This document shows positions 8,801 to 17,884 of a DNA stretch of 64,000 nucleotides, in pieces (the first letter of the stretch is position 1; each line of letters opens with the position of its first letter). The notes beneath the pieces are model-generated. The model ran no database searches, was not told the DNA's origin, and saw nothing but the letters and a program-made list of their open reading frames with translations. The translations under genes and the position numbers were made by a program. This DNA is from Leptonemataceae bacterium (GTDB taxonomy: Bacteria > Spirochaetota > Leptospiria > Leptospirales > Leptonemataceae), in contig OZ245742.1 in NCBI GenBank assembly GCA_965227295.1, positions 4,896,001 through 4,960,000 on the forward strand, in the 5' to 3' direction.

Positions 8801-10749
8801 GCCCAGGCCGCCGCCGCTTCGCCGATGCTGTGCCCGACCACCGCGGCCGGTCGAATGCCGTAATGCTTCAGGAGTTCGGTCAGCGCGACCTGCATGGAAA
8901 AGATGGCCGGCCACATGACCTCAATGTCGCCGAGACGCGAGGAGCCTTCGTCCTTCTGAAGCTCCTCGATGAGCGACCAGCCCGCCAGGCTTTTGATTTC
9001 CCGGTCACATTCTTCTATAATAATGCGAAATACTTCCTCTCGTTCCAGCAGCTCGCGCCCCATGCCGATCCACTGAGAGCCCTGCCCGGAATAGACAAAG
9101 GCCACGCGGCGATCCGGACCGCGCTCGTACTCGTAGGCGTCCTCGCCTGCGACCAGGCCGGGACGCTCTTCTTCCGCCAGATAGGCCTGCAATTGTTCGA
9201 TGAGTTCCGCGCGATCACGACCGGCCACGGCGAGCCGGTGGCCGTGCAGGCTGCGCCGTGCACTGAGGGTGTAGCAGACATCGGCCAGGGGCAGGTCCTC
9301 GTTTTCTTCGAGCAGTGCCAGGTAACGCGAGGCCAGTTCACGCAGGGCCTCCGGGGCCCGGGCCGTCAAATTCAGTACAAAACGTCCGATGGAATCGTCC
9401 GCCGCCTGGCGGGACGGAGCCGGGGCCTCTTCCATCACCACGTGGGCGTTGGTCCCGCCGATGCCGAAGGAATTTACCGAGGCGAACCGCACCTGGGCAT
9501 CTCTGGGAAGTTCCATGACTTCCGTCGGGATGCGAATGGGCAGGCGATCCCAGGGGATGTTCGGATTGGGTTCTTTGAAGTGCAGCGAAGGCGGAACGAG
9601 CCCCCGATCCAGGACCAGGGCCGTTTTTACCAGGCCGCCGATTCCGGCGGCGGCCTCCATGTGACCGACGTTCGTTTTCACGGAGCCGATGAGCAGCGTA
9701 TCATCCTCCGGACGGTTTTCGCAGAGCACGTTCGACAGCGCGCGTACTTCCACCGGATCGCCGCGCTTCGTGCCGGTGCCGTGGGCCTCGACGTAGCGGA
9801 CCTCGCGCGGGTCCACGCCCGCGGTGCGATATGCCTGGCGCAGCATGGCCTCCTGGCCGCGCACGCCCGGCGTGCCGAAGGATCCACTGGTCCGCGCGTC
9901 GTTGTTCACGGCACTGCCGCGGACGACCGCGTAGATGGGATCGTTGTCGGCCACGGCGTCTTCCAGGGGCTTGAGTAAGATGAGTCCGGCACCTTCCGCC
10001 CGCACGTAACCGGAGCCGGTGGCGTCGCCGAAGCGACAGCGGCCGTCTTTGGCCATCATGCGTGACTGAGAGTAAGCGATGGTGATCTGCGGTTGCAGGA
10101 GCAGGTTCACGCCGCCGGCCAGGGCCATCTCGCAACCACGTTCCCGCAGACTCTGGCAGGCCAGGTGCACCGTTACCAGGGACGACGAACAGGCCGTGTC
10201 CACCGCCATGCTGGGGCCGTCCAGGCCCAGGGTAAACGAGAGCCGACCGGCCGCGGTATAGCGTCCGGTGCCCTGCGTACGATAGAAGTCCATGCCCGCG
10301 GGATCATTGAACAGAAAGTCTTCGTAGTCACTGCCCCACAGGCCGACGAACACACCGGTACGCCGTCCGCGAAAGTGCTCGGGAGTTTGTCCGCCGTCGT
10401 CAATGGCCTCCACCGCGGTTTCGAGCAGCAGACGCTGCTGCGGGTCCATGGCCTGGGCCTCCCGGGGCGTAATGCCGAAGTACGCGGCGTCGAAACCATC
10501 CACCTGATCCAGGAAGCCGCCCCATTTCGCGTAGGTCTTCCCGCGCTGGGGCTTCGGATCGTAGTAATCGTCGAGGTTCCAGCGACTGCCGGGAACCTCG
10601 GTGATGGCATCGACTTCGTTGGTCAGCAGCTTCCAGAAGGACGCGGGATCCGCGGCAGACCCGGGAAAGCGACAGCCGATGCCGATGATGGCGATCGGCT
10701 CGTCCGGATCGACTCGCTGGATTTGCGGGCTGTTTGCGTTACGTTCCAT
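2884..10749 (-). CDS. Type I modular PKS, 2621 aa: KS-AT-AT-DH(degenerate)-ER-KR-ACP with extended C-terminal docking region
   Basis: KS DTACSSS/HGTGT/KTNVGH; AT1 GHSIGE...PAAVH; AT2 GHSVGE...YAFHS; HPLL at DH start; ER HSAAGGVG; KR GGLGDLG, HAAGVIDDG, NYSAAN; ACP GMDSL. Confidence 0.97.
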   Translation of the reverse strand: MERNANSPQIQRVDPDEPIAIIGIGCRFPGSAADPASFWKLLTNEVDAITEVPGSRWNLDDYYDPKPQRGKTYAKWGGFLDQVDGFDAAYFGITPREAQAMDPQQRLLLETAVEAIDDGGQTPEHFRGRRTGVFVGLWGSDYEDFLFNDPAGMDFYRTQGTGRYTAAGRLSFTLGLDGPSMAVDTACSSSLVTVHLACQSLRERGCEMALAGGVNLLLQPQITIAYSQSRMMAKDGRCRFGDATGSGYVRAEGAGLILLKPLEDAVADNDPIYAVVRGSAVNNDARTSGSFGTPGVRGQEAMLRQAYRTAGVDPREVRYVEAHGTGTKRGDPVEVRALSNVLCENRPEDDTLLIGSVKTNVGHMEAAAGIGGLVKTALVLDRGLVPPSLHFKEPNPNIPWDRLPIRIPTEVMELPRDAQVRFASVNSFGIGGTNAHVVMEEAPAPSRQAADDSIGRFVLNLTARAPEALRELASRYLALLEENEDLPLADVCYTLSARRSLHGHRLAVAGRDRAELIEQLQAYLAEEERPGLVAGEDAYEYERGPDRRVAFVYSGQGSQWIGMGRELLEREEVFRIIIEECDREIKSLAGWSLIEELQKDEGSSRLGDIEVMWPAIFSMQVALTELLKHYGIRPAAVVGHSIGEAAAAWASGSISLADAVRVIVTQGKLVHETSGQGGMALIGLPFHEAEAEVEKYGGKLVAAIEASPKSTVLSGDITALDEVVRDLEGRDILARRVNTPAAVHCALMDPLKDRLLEQLKDLSLQSAAIPFYSATLGMAYDGHRLDAGYWWDNIREPVLFKSAVDAIVDDHVDAFLEVSPHAIVERSIEECLSEHQAKGVAASTLRSESDEAAALERALSKLASGGVEVDLDRLRRDSSLNPLRLHDGRPRVAFVFSGQGPQWYAMGRELFEREPIYRNKIEEIDALLQQAQKKAGHDTWSLLDELNKDEGASRIMDTEIAQPAIFALQVGLAELWKSWGVLPDAITGHSVGEVAAAHVSGKLSLEDAVTVIYHRGRLMQEATGLGKMAAVQLTLEACEKYLAGYEGRVEIGVANSPGSSVLSGETAALEEILAKIEQDGIYQKMLPNNYAFHSPQMEPFKEKMSAEMKKLGLQARAPETPIVSTVTGKLAGDEDYGAEYWGQNIRGSVLFVTAVDVLIDAGYDLFLEIGPHPVLSGYVNECLERAEARGHTVASLNRKQPEHLHLLGNLGKLFTLGYTIDWERYFDGRGRAQRLPAYAWQRERYWIDPPKRGAAEGRALSNTPHPLLQSRIAAAEPIVQALLLRENDTAPLFGHSLFEIMTLTPGDSLEATLLAVDEHLRTVQDSNKTLVLRDLQIERPVGLFDDEAVEIQLLLSANDFRAYDRIESEDGGEWRRHLYGKVSLEIPGTVRDEDIAPKFRGFSQSIAPNDFYDTLADAGVHFEEGMRAAVTEIRTKDAEAIASLEPGALPDATVFSFGFALFQALFREDAAPGHLYTPCSIDRIRLVSRWQKASVAWLEARLDASTGQNLNGSLRFYGADGTVLIEMSHLRFRAMSHPDLMLVSPKGIRDWLYEPKWVEASLRPEHQTGTYDGYLVIGSGTSAVDEAVAGVLGQDGTEIQMISSIDLARTYLARGGSFGIVYLRGLSERDESTDLARQEALCKDLITLVQNMAEYDVDARLMIVTRGAQPVHTEAVPDYHAATLWGMGSVIASEFPQWRPLRLDLDPREEPVAGARLILEELISSGGDSQVGYRGGLRYVQRLDRKAVARDSGGRTSATREPVVLETTGRGLIDNLTVHPLQRRMPGPDEVEIEVAYTGLNFRDVLSALDMYPEGPVPFGIECAGRIASVGENVIDLSVGDQVMGLCVEPGFASYVVTPADLVIRKPSTLNLEAAAGVPLVFLTCYYALNHLARISGDDRILIHSAAGGVGLAAIQVARMEGAKIFATVSTDEKRQYLESIGVEPDCIFDSRSTDFATRIMELTNGEGIDIVLNSLSGEFIPKGIEILRKNGRFLEIGKKDIFSAKDVAAIKKGVSYFVIDLMDVAHKTPDLIQSMLLHLSEEFENGNLATEPLTQFDFAHVRDAFRQMARGKHIGKLVVSHEQARVAAQTFEGFREDGTYLITGGLGDLGLFFARRLASSGAGNIVLTGRREPREEVKEKIRAIEEETGARVQVLRGDVSQTEDVRKILASMDAGMPALRGIVHAAGVIDDGLFRDQTWERYAKVMQAKVAGSQALHEMTVGRSLDFFVFFSSIASLLGLPAQSNYSAANAFMDALAHQRRSMGLPGLSIHWGPWAQIGMVADLAASEEGTRLRRTGTSFMPPELGWQAFEHLLHSGAAEAGVIHVQWDTFAQMLPGGIVPGYLSELISEIGGESGAGGAGSTAGILDSLASTPVNRREEVLLGYLRDQVRQILGMKPNQPVDPSKGFKDVGMDSLMTVEFRNRLQQGLDTTLPSTLAFDYPNLNTLTTFLLEQALTLPGPESEGAASDPEEAPALVAAPALPASPAAEVLRGEDVDALSEEDAESMLLAELDIFKARQSGQRRRPARPQAKSVANPVAAPAPNTAPPRPESKASDVNVQTSDVKPAAPSAEVNSNGSSGGSENGKPGVLSADQLDSISDDEAEQLLQAELKIFGQRKSQ

Positions 10750-11200
10750 AGACCATATCCCACCGAAGCGTCGCCGTCGCGACCCTGCTGCATTCTAAAC
10801 TGTAAATTTTATTGAAAATGACCGAACAATCAGACTGCCCTGCGGAACGGCGCGCTGAATGCTTTCGAATGTGAAGTCGTACCATGTAAAATGACGACAG
10901 TGAAAACTATCTAACAAAGTGCTTCAGTAGGACGGCTTAAAAAAGCAAGTGTTAAATCTCAGGCAACGATAAACTGTATCAAAACTACTTCGGCTCTGTC
11001 TTTATGGATCTTTTCCGGAACATTAAGCAACAAACAATTTCGAATCTTACGTTTCTCGCAGTGTATTTTTGAGATGCGGGTAAAATTACTGAAACTAAAA
11101 GTTTAAGCGGGAAAATTTCGGAATCTTAATTGCACGAAACTTAAAAAAACGGCAGTTCCTCAAGTTAGCCGCCGCCCCGGGCGGCGGTGACAGCGGCGAA
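10750..11200. promoter_or_regulatory. AT-rich intergenic region, probable divergent promoters for the PKS and the Slr1659-like gene
   Basis: About 450 nt, visibly AT-rich and non-coding, between divergent genes; exact promoter elements not resolved. Confidence 0.4.
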
Positions 11201-11296
11201 ATGCGGAAATCGAGCCGGGAAAATTGCTTGTATCTTCCGCCCTGGCTCCGGAATTTCCGTAAACATAGTCATTTCTCCCCCTTGCCGGCTGACTCT

Positions 11297-11641
11297 ATGC
11301 AATTAAACGAAAAAGACTGCCTCCTTACCTACGATCCCTCCAGCGCCGTGGTTGCCATGGAGGGCAGCCTGCGCCTCGCCGGCATACCTGAGTACGATCC
11401 CGTAAAAGATTTTCTCCAGCGCTCCGCCGAACAGGCCGGCGAGAAACTGATCCTGGACGTTCGGGGCCTTGAGTTCCTGAACAGCGCCGGCATTACGGCC
11501 ATCAGCCTCTTTGTGATTGCGGCGAAGAAAAACGGCCGGCCCCGTCTACAGTTCGTCGCTTCGAAAGAGTATGCCTGGCAGGGCAAGTCGCTGCGGAATT
11601 TTACGCGGCTCTGGGATCAGGTGGATCTGCGGATCGAATAA
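11297..11641 (+). CDS. STAS-like regulator, Slr1659-like family
   Basis: GSLRL...LDVRGLEFLNSAGITAISLFV...WQGKSLRNF pattern typical of the Slr1659-type STAS group; start taken at MQLNEK. Confidence 0.75.
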   Translation: MQLNEKDCLLTYDPSSAVVAMEGSLRLAGIPEYDPVKDFLQRSAEQAGEKLILDVRGLEFLNSAGITAISLFVIAAKKNGRPRLQFVASKEYAWQGKSLRNFTRLWDQVDLRIE

Positions 11642-11647
11642 AACGAA

Positions 11648-11682
11648 AAACGGCGCGACCGGGAGTTCCGACCGCGCCGTTT
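11648..11682. terminator. Hairpin between convergent genes, probable terminator
   Basis: AAACGGCGCG (11648-11657) and CGCGCCGTTT (11673-11682) form a 10-bp inverted repeat flanked by A/T runs. Confidence 0.55.
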
Positions 11683-11706
11683 CCACGGAAAAAGATTCCG
11701 TTAACT

Positions 11707-12069
11707 TTACTTCTTCTGAACGTAAGGATAGAGGCACTGACCGCCGGCGATGCACGCCTGAGCGTTGGCCGTAGGACCGTGCTGCTGATAGCAGCCCAGC
11801 GCCGCGGCCTTGTTGGCCTCGCAGCCCTTCACGCAATTACTGATGAAACGGCGCTTCTGACGCTGAATCTTGCGCAGCTCATTGGCCCGGGACGGATCCT
11901 GGTTACCAAGCACCAAACACTCATGCATAAATTCGCAGACCGCCGTGCAGTTGTTGGCCTGCGCCGGGGTCGATTGTAGGGCCAGAAGGCCGATAAAGGC
12001 GGCCGCCATGGCCGCGGTGGACAAAGATTTTCCTGTAATTTTCCGGATGCTGTGAATCATAGACTCCAT
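11707..12069 (-). CDS. Secreted 8-Cys cysteine-rich small protein (Leptospira Cys-rich-like)
   Basis: Signal peptide ending AQA; mature region has 8 Cys (CxxxC...C...CxxxC...C...C...C). Start uncertain (12069 or 12060). Confidence 0.7.
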   Translation of the reverse strand: MESMIHSIRKITGKSLSTAAMAAAFIGLLALQSTPAQANNCTAVCEFMHECLVLGNQDPSRANELRKIQRQKRRFISNCVKGCEANKAAALGCYQQHGPTANAQACIAGGQCLYPYVQKK

Positions 12070-12233
12070 TCTCCTGCGTGTTTCGACGGGGATGGTCACT
12101 CCCGCGAAACTGTATCAATTTCGCAACACTTTTCCCGTGTTGCTTATCCGACGAGCGGTCTAAGGGTCGCGTTTACTTTTTTCGTTGTTGTTCAGGTGCC
12201 GGTCTGATGATTTTGTGAGCATTTTTCAGAACC

Positions 12234-14243
12234 ATGAATCAGACAAATCTGCAGAAATCCCGCACCTACGCCGTTTTTGCGATCTTCGGACTCGCCCTGC
12301 TCTACCGACTGTGGGGCATCGAAAATTCCCTGAGCGACTTCCATCATTTCCGTCAGACCTACACGGCGCTCTTTGCCCGCTTTTTCTATCGCGAGGGCAT
12401 GAACATCCTCGATCCCAACGTCGGCATCCACAACTACGCGAACATCTCCGAGTTTCAGCTCTATCCGTTCGTCGTCGCCGCACTGTATCACATCTTCGGC
12501 GAACACGCGATCATTGGTCGTTTGGTTTCGGTGGCCTGCTCCATGGTTACCATGACGCTGCTGTACTTTACGGTGAAGCGCTACTACAACCGGCGGGCGG
12601 CCATCTTCGCGGCTCTGTTTTTCGCCATCCTGCCGATGATGGTCTACTACTCGCGCACGTTCATGCTGGAGTCCATGCTCGTCATGTTCTGCATGCTCGC
12701 TCTCTACGGCCTCACGCGCTTCCTCGACGGTGACGGCTTCGTATTCTACATTCTGGGCGTGCTGGGAGCGGCCCTGGCCATGCTGGTAAAAATCCCTTCG
12801 GCCTTCATTATGCTGCCCATGGCGTTTCTGTTTTTCAATCGCTTCGGCCTGCGCATCTTTCTCGCGCCGTCGGCGTATCTTTTCGCCCTGCTCGCCGCGG
12901 CACCGGCCGTTACCTGGTACTACATTTTCCCGGAACTTTTCACGGAGTCCGGCATCTTCGACAGTGCCGCCCGGGACATCTATACGCACCCGGCCATGGT
13001 AGAACTCTACAAACAGCAACTCGCCCGCTGGGACACCTGGTCCAAACTATTGTTCGATCGCCTGGGAGAAAAGTACCTGGCGGTGAGCGGTTTCGTGTTC
13101 CTTATGGCAGCGGTACAACTGCGGGTCTGGGACGTCTTCCGTGCGCGCCTGCTTGAACCGCTGCGGGAACGCACTCCGCTCGTTCGGAACCTGACGAAAG
13201 AGAACCGGATCGCCGCCGGCGCCCTGCTCGTATTGTACATCATCGGCGGATGGCTTCTGGCGTTGCTCGCATCGTTGATCGTCTGGTTGATCGACTTCTT
13301 TGCCCGCGTCGGCGAACGCGGCATCCCCGATGCCGACCGTGTGTTCGCCGACGGCCGCGTGCGCAACGAGCGTGGAGACAGCCGCGAGCAGCTTGTGTTC
13401 TACGTCTGGATTCTGGGCGTGTTCGCCTTCGCCGTGGCGTTCATCATGCCGAACCTGGTGCACGACTACTATCAACTGCCCATCCTCGTGCCGGCCTGCG
13501 TACTCATCGGAGGCTACCTGGACTTCATCTTACGCAAACACGAAACACAATCTCAGGATCGCCGGCGCTACGGCCTGGTGATCCTGCATGCGGTGCTCGT
13601 TGCGGCAGTGGCCCCGTACTCCATCATCAAGGTCTCAGAAAAACTCACGATCGATCCTTTTTACGAAGACTTCGGCAAACGCATCCAGGCCGTGACCGAA
13701 CCCGACGAGGACGTCGCTTACATCGATCGCATGCCCCGCACCGAGGTCCTGTACTTCGCCGATCGAAAAGGGTACATCGGCACCACGGTAGCGAGTCCCA
13801 TCGGCGGCGGGGTTCTGTTTGTAATGCCCGGTGCCCAGAAAGTTTTGATTCATCACATCGAGCACTTTCATCGTGAGGGCGCGCGCTACATGGCGACGCC
13901 GTACATCGAGTTTCCGAAGTACTTTCCCATCGTGAAAGAGTACATGGACGAAAACTACGTCAATCTGCTCGAGGGCGTCGAAGTGGAACAACCGCCGGGC
14001 GAGGTCTTCGATCCGGCGAAACGTTTCCCGGGCGTGGTCTACGACCTCGGTCCGCCGGAAACGGCGCCTCCGGAAGAGGAATCGAAGCGACTCCTGGAAG
14101 ACCTCCCGGCCCTTCAGGGAAAACAAACGAAATCATCCGGCGATAAGCCGCGGCGCATCTTCGGTTTCGAAGGCGATGAACACGGGGGCAAGAAGTTCGA
14201 CGAACTCCTCGGCCCCGAAAACGGAGGAAGCAATCATGAGTGA
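12234..14243 (+). CDS. Polytopic membrane glycosyltransferase, ArnT/PMT (GT-C) family
   Basis: Many TM segments; HHFRQTYTA, EFQLYP, GRLVS, YYSRTFMLE, LVK and HDYYQLP motifs typical of ArnT-like GT-C enzymes. Confidence 0.8.
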   Translation: MNQTNLQKSRTYAVFAIFGLALLYRLWGIENSLSDFHHFRQTYTALFARFFYREGMNILDPNVGIHNYANISEFQLYPFVVAALYHIFGEHAIIGRLVSVACSMVTMTLLYFTVKRYYNRRAAIFAALFFAILPMMVYYSRTFMLESMLVMFCMLALYGLTRFLDGDGFVFYILGVLGAALAMLVKIPSAFIMLPMAFLFFNRFGLRIFLAPSAYLFALLAAAPAVTWYYIFPELFTESGIFDSAARDIYTHPAMVELYKQQLARWDTWSKLLFDRLGEKYLAVSGFVFLMAAVQLRVWDVFRARLLEPLRERTPLVRNLTKENRIAAGALLVLYIIGGWLLALLASLIVWLIDFFARVGERGIPDADRVFADGRVRNERGDSREQLVFYVWILGVFAFAVAFIMPNLVHDYYQLPILVPACVLIGGYLDFILRKHETQSQDRRRYGLVILHAVLVAAVAPYSIIKVSEKLTIDPFYEDFGKRIQAVTEPDEDVAYIDRMPRTEVLYFADRKGYIGTTVASPIGGGVLFVMPGAQKVLIHHIEHFHREGARYMATPYIEFPKYFPIVKEYMDENYVNLLEGVEVEQPPGEVFDPAKRFPGVVYDLGPPETAPPEEESKRLLEDLPALQGKQTKSSGDKPRRIFGFEGDEHGGKKFDELLGPENGGSNHE

Positions 14244-14583
14244 AGGCGAGTTTCACGCAAAACAACTGGGCAGTCGAACGATCGTTACCATCGAGGGACC
14301 GCGCATCGACATTTCGTCCGTAAGTATACTGCGGCGCAACTTACTGGAGTACATGCAGGGTCTGCCTCCGGAAGCCATGGAGATTGCCGTGGATCTGGGC
14401 GAGCTGATCAACCTGGATTCCAGCGGCATTGCGCTGATGGTGCATCTGAAAAAACAGGTGAGCGAGCAGAATCGTAAGTTCTATTTGCTCCGGGCCAACG
14501 ATGCCATCCGCAAAATGCTACAGCTTTCGAACCTCAGTAACCTCTTCGAATACCTGGAAACCGACGACGGGCAGCCCGCCTGA
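14236..14583 (+). CDS. STAS domain anti-sigma factor antagonist
   Basis: VDLGELINLDSSGIALMV motif; RBS GGAGG before ATG 14236, which overlaps the upstream gene end. Confidence 0.85.
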   Translation: MSEGEFHAKQLGSRTIVTIEGPRIDISSVSILRRNLLEYMQGLPPEAMEIAVDLGELINLDSSGIALMVHLKKQVSEQNRKFYLLRANDAIRKMLQLSNLSNLFEYLETDDGQPA

Positions 14584-14587
14584 GCCG

Positions 14588-16042
14588 TCAGCCTTTCGCC
14601 GGCACGTTCGCCGTAAGCTCTTCGTGAATCGTGGCCGCACACTTGCGTCCCTCGGAGATGGCCCAGACAATGAGCGACTGCCCCCGGCGGGCGTCGCCGC
14701 AGCTGTAGACGCGATCCAGGTTCGTCTTGAAGAAGCCGGGCTCGCGACCGAACTCCGATTTCACGTTCCCCCACTGGTCCAGTTCCAGGCCCATATCGAC
14801 GAGTTCCTGCACGAGACCGTTTCTCACCGGGGCAGCGTAGCCCATGGCCAGCAGTACGAGGTCGGCGTCCCACAGCTCCTCGGAGCCCGGGACATCGATG
14901 AAACGCCCTTCCTCGTTTTTCTCGACACGACAAATGCGCAGATGGGTGACCTGCCCGCTCGCGTTGCCGACTAATTCCAGGGGTTTGATGTTAAAGCGAC
15001 GGTCCACGCCCTCTTCGTGGGATGATGACGTGTAGTAGATGTCCGGATACAACGGCCAGGGCTGATGCTCGGGACGATCTTCCGGCGGCTTCGGAGAACG
15101 GCGGAAGTTGATGATGTTCTTCGCACCCTGACGATTGGCCGTGCCGATGCAATCCGAACCGGTGTCCCCGCCGCCGATGACGATGACGCTTTTGCCCGTG
15201 GCCGAGATGGCACCGGGAACCTCGTCGCCGGCCACCTGACGGTTGGCCTGGATGAGATACTTCATGGCAAACTCGACGCCCTTCAGGTCGGCGCCGGGAA
15301 TCCGCAACGGAATGGGCGCCTCGGCGCCGATGGCAACGACCAGTGCGTCGAAGCTATGCAGCAGTTCTTTCGCGGAGACGTCCTCGCCCACGGTGATACC
15401 GCACTTAAAGACGACGCCTTCTTGTTTCATTTGCTTCACGCGGCGATCGATGTGCCACTTTTCCATTTTGAAGTCGGGGATGCCGTAGCGCAACAGCCCG
15501 CCGATGCGATCGAACTTCTCGAATACGGTGACGCTGTGCCCGGCCCGGGCCAGTTGTTGGGCACAGGACAGGCCGGCGGGGCCGGAGCCGACGACGGCCA
15601 CGGTCTTGCCGCTGAGCTTCTCCGGCGGATGCGGTTCCACCCAGCCTTCCTCGAAACCGTGATCGATGATGGAACGCTCAATGCTCTTAATGGTTACCGG
15701 CGGATCGGTGATGCCCAGGACGCAGGCGGACTCGCACGGTGCCGGACACAGGCGGCCGGTGAATTCCGGGAAGTTATTGGTGCTGTGCAGATTGTCCAGG
15801 GCGTCTCGCCACAGGCCGCGGTATACCAGGTCGTTGAACTCGGGGATGATGTTATCCGTGGGGCAGCCGGTTTCGCCGTGGCAGAAAGGGATGCCGCAGT
15901 CCATGCAGCGGGACGCCTGGGCCCGGGTCGCGCGATCGTCGAGGGTCTTCTCGAATTCCTTGTAGTGCCGCACCCGTTTCTCGACGGGCTCGTAGGTCGG
16001 CGACACCCGATTGACTTCCATGAATCCGCGAATCTTGCTCAT
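14588..16042 (-). CDS. gltD: Glutamate synthase small (beta) subunit
   Basis: RCMDCGIPFCH, TNNFPEFTGRLCPAPCE, GSGPAG, GGLLRYGIPDFK, GGGDTGSDC, GDARRGQSLIVWAISEGR. Confidence 0.95.
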   Translation of the reverse strand: MSKIRGFMEVNRVSPTYEPVEKRVRHYKEFEKTLDDRATRAQASRCMDCGIPFCHGETGCPTDNIIPEFNDLVYRGLWRDALDNLHSTNNFPEFTGRLCPAPCESACVLGITDPPVTIKSIERSIIDHGFEEGWVEPHPPEKLSGKTVAVVGSGPAGLSCAQQLARAGHSVTVFEKFDRIGGLLRYGIPDFKMEKWHIDRRVKQMKQEGVVFKCGITVGEDVSAKELLHSFDALVVAIGAEAPIPLRIPGADLKGVEFAMKYLIQANRQVAGDEVPGAISATGKSVIVIGGGDTGSDCIGTANRQGAKNIINFRRSPKPPEDRPEHQPWPLYPDIYYTSSSHEEGVDRRFNIKPLELVGNASGQVTHLRICRVEKNEEGRFIDVPGSEELWDADLVLLAMGYAAPVRNGLVQELVDMGLELDQWGNVKSEFGREPGFFKTNLDRVYSCGDARRGQSLIVWAISEGRKCAATIHEELTANVPAKG

Positions 16043-16179
16043 GTGACTGGCTCCGCCCCGCGCAAGCGCTCACACGATTGCGCGGGGAATACTACTATTA
16101 TAGTAAGTATACAACCAGAAATGCGGAGCGGGGGCCCTGCTTCAATAGAAAAAAGGCCGGAAATCGCGACCTGACCCGT

Positions 16180-17016
16180 TCAGCCGAAACGACCGGTGAT
16201 GTAGTCCTCGGTGAGTTTCTCGGACGGGTTCGTAAAGATGCGGAACGTGCGATCGTATTCGACGATGCGGCCCTGGTAAAAGAACGCGGTGTAGTCGCCG
16301 ACGCGGGCGGCCTGCTGCATGTTGTGCGTTACAATCAGAATGGTGTAGTTCTTCTTGAGTTCGGAAATGAGTTCTTCGATCTTGCGCGTGGAGATGGGAT
16401 CCAGGGACGCCGTGGGTTCGTCCATGAGCAGGACCTCCGGCAGCATGGCGATCGCCCGCGCGATGCAGAGCCGTTGTTGCTGACCACCCGACAGGCTGTA
16501 GGCGCTCTCTTCGAGTTTGTCTTTGACTTCATCCCACAGGTACGCGCGCTGTAGCGACTCTTCGACGAGTTGATCGAGTTCGCCCGTATAGCCGTTCAGC
16601 CGCGGACCCAGGGCGATGTTTTCGTAGATGGTCTTCGGAAAAGGATTCGGTTGCTGGAAGACCATGCCGACGCGCAGACGAATTTCCACGGGATCCACGC
16701 GCGGCCCGTAAATGCCCTCGCCGCCGATCCGGATATCCCCCGCCACGTGACAGTCCGGAATGAAATCGTTCATGCGATTCAGCGCGCGCAAGAACGTGGA
16801 CTTTCCGCAGCCCGACGGACCGATGAAAGCCGTGATGCGATTCTTGTACACGTCAAGGTCCAGCCCGTCGATGGCGTGAAAGTCCCCGTAGGAGATGCGC
16901 ACATTCCGGCAGGCAAACTCAATCTCCGGAAGCTCTTCGGCCTCTCCGGGTTGCACGGAAAATTGCATTCGACCTCTTTCCGCTGATTCGGCCATTTTAC
17001 TCGTGTCGCCGCGCAT
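16180..17016 (-). CDS. pstB: Phosphate ABC transporter ATPase (copy 1)
   Basis: [38 protein letters not shown]. Start may be a few codons downstream. Confidence 0.95.
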   Translation of the reverse strand: MRGDTSKMAESAERGRMQFSVQPGEAEELPEIEFACRNVRISYGDFHAIDGLDLDVYKNRITAFIGPSGCGKSTFLRALNRMNDFIPDCHVAGDIRIGGEGIYGPRVDPVEIRLRVGMVFQQPNPFPKTIYENIALGPRLNGYTGELDQLVEESLQRAYLWDEVKDKLEESAYSLSGGQQQRLCIARAIAMLPEVLLMDEPTASLDPISTRKIEELISELKKNYTILIVTHNMQQAARVGDYTAFFYQGRIVEYDRTFRIFTNPSEKLTEDYITGRFG

Positions 17017-17020
17017 AGGT

Positions 17021-17884
17021 TCAGTGTAGATGTTTCAGACGATTGGCGTAATAGACGCGCAGGCCGATGGCCACGGCGTTCATGGCCAGCAGCACCACGA
17101 GCAAGACAATGATGCCCGAGGCGGCGAGGGAATGAAACTCCGGTTGCGGCCGGCTCGTCCAGTTGAATATCTGAATCGGCAGCACCGTAAAGCCGTCCAG
17201 CGGAGACGCCGGCAGGAACGCCACGAAGGTCAGCGCGCCGATCATGATCAACGGAGCCGTTTCGCCGATCGCCCGCGAGAGGGCCAGGATGATTCCGGTG
17301 AGCATGCCCGGCAAGGCCACCGGCAATACCATGTGACGGACCACCTGCCAGCGCGTCATGCCGATGCCGAAGCCGGCGTGACGAAAGCTGTCCGGCACCG
17401 CCCGCAACGCTTCCTGCGCTGCAATGGTAATGACCGGTAAGATCAACAAAGCCATAGTTAAGGAGCCGGCCAGCAGAGAACGGCCCAGGGAAAGCCCGCG
17501 CACAAATAACGTGAGCCCCAGGATGCCGTAGACGATGGACGGCACGCCGGCCAGATTCTGGATGTTCAGTTTAATGAAACGCACCGCTCGAGATTCGCGG
17601 GCATACTCTTCAATGTAAATGGCCGCGCCGATGCCCATGGGAATGGCGAACAGCGCGGTAAGGCCGAGCATGAAAACACTGCCGACGATGGCCGAGAGAA
17701 TGCCGGCCTTTGCCGGCGTCCGCGACGGATAGTTGCCGAGGAAGTCCAGTGAAAGATACGTGAGGCCGTCGCCGAGTACACCGAAGAGGAGCGCCAGCAG
17801 AAACAGTAACGCGAGGACGTTGGCCGCGAGGCAAAACGACTGGAAGATGAGTCCGAAGATCTGGTAGCGAATCCGCAGGTTCAA
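17021..17884 (-). CDS. pstA: Phosphate ABC transporter permease (copy 1)
   Basis: [29 protein letters not shown]. Confidence 0.93.
   Translation of the reverse strand: MNLRIRYQIFGLIFQSFCLAANVLALLFLLALLFGVLGDGLTYLSLDFLGNYPSRTPAKAGILSAIVGSVFMLGLTALFAIPMGIGAAIYIEEYARESRAVRFIKLNIQNLAGVPSIVYGILGLTLFVRGLSLGRSLLAGSLTMALLILPVITIAAQEALRAVPDSFRHAGFGIGMTRWQVVRHMVLPVALPGMLTGIILALSRAIGETAPLIMIGALTFVAFLPASPLDGFTVLPIQIFNWTSRPQPEFHSLAASGIIVLLVVLLAMNAVAIGLRVYYANRLKHLH

Noticed and set aside
8245..9978. 577-aa plus-strand ORF and other long plus-strand ORFs over the PKS (e.g. 1136..2134)
   Set aside because: Antisense shadows of KS/AT coding sequence.
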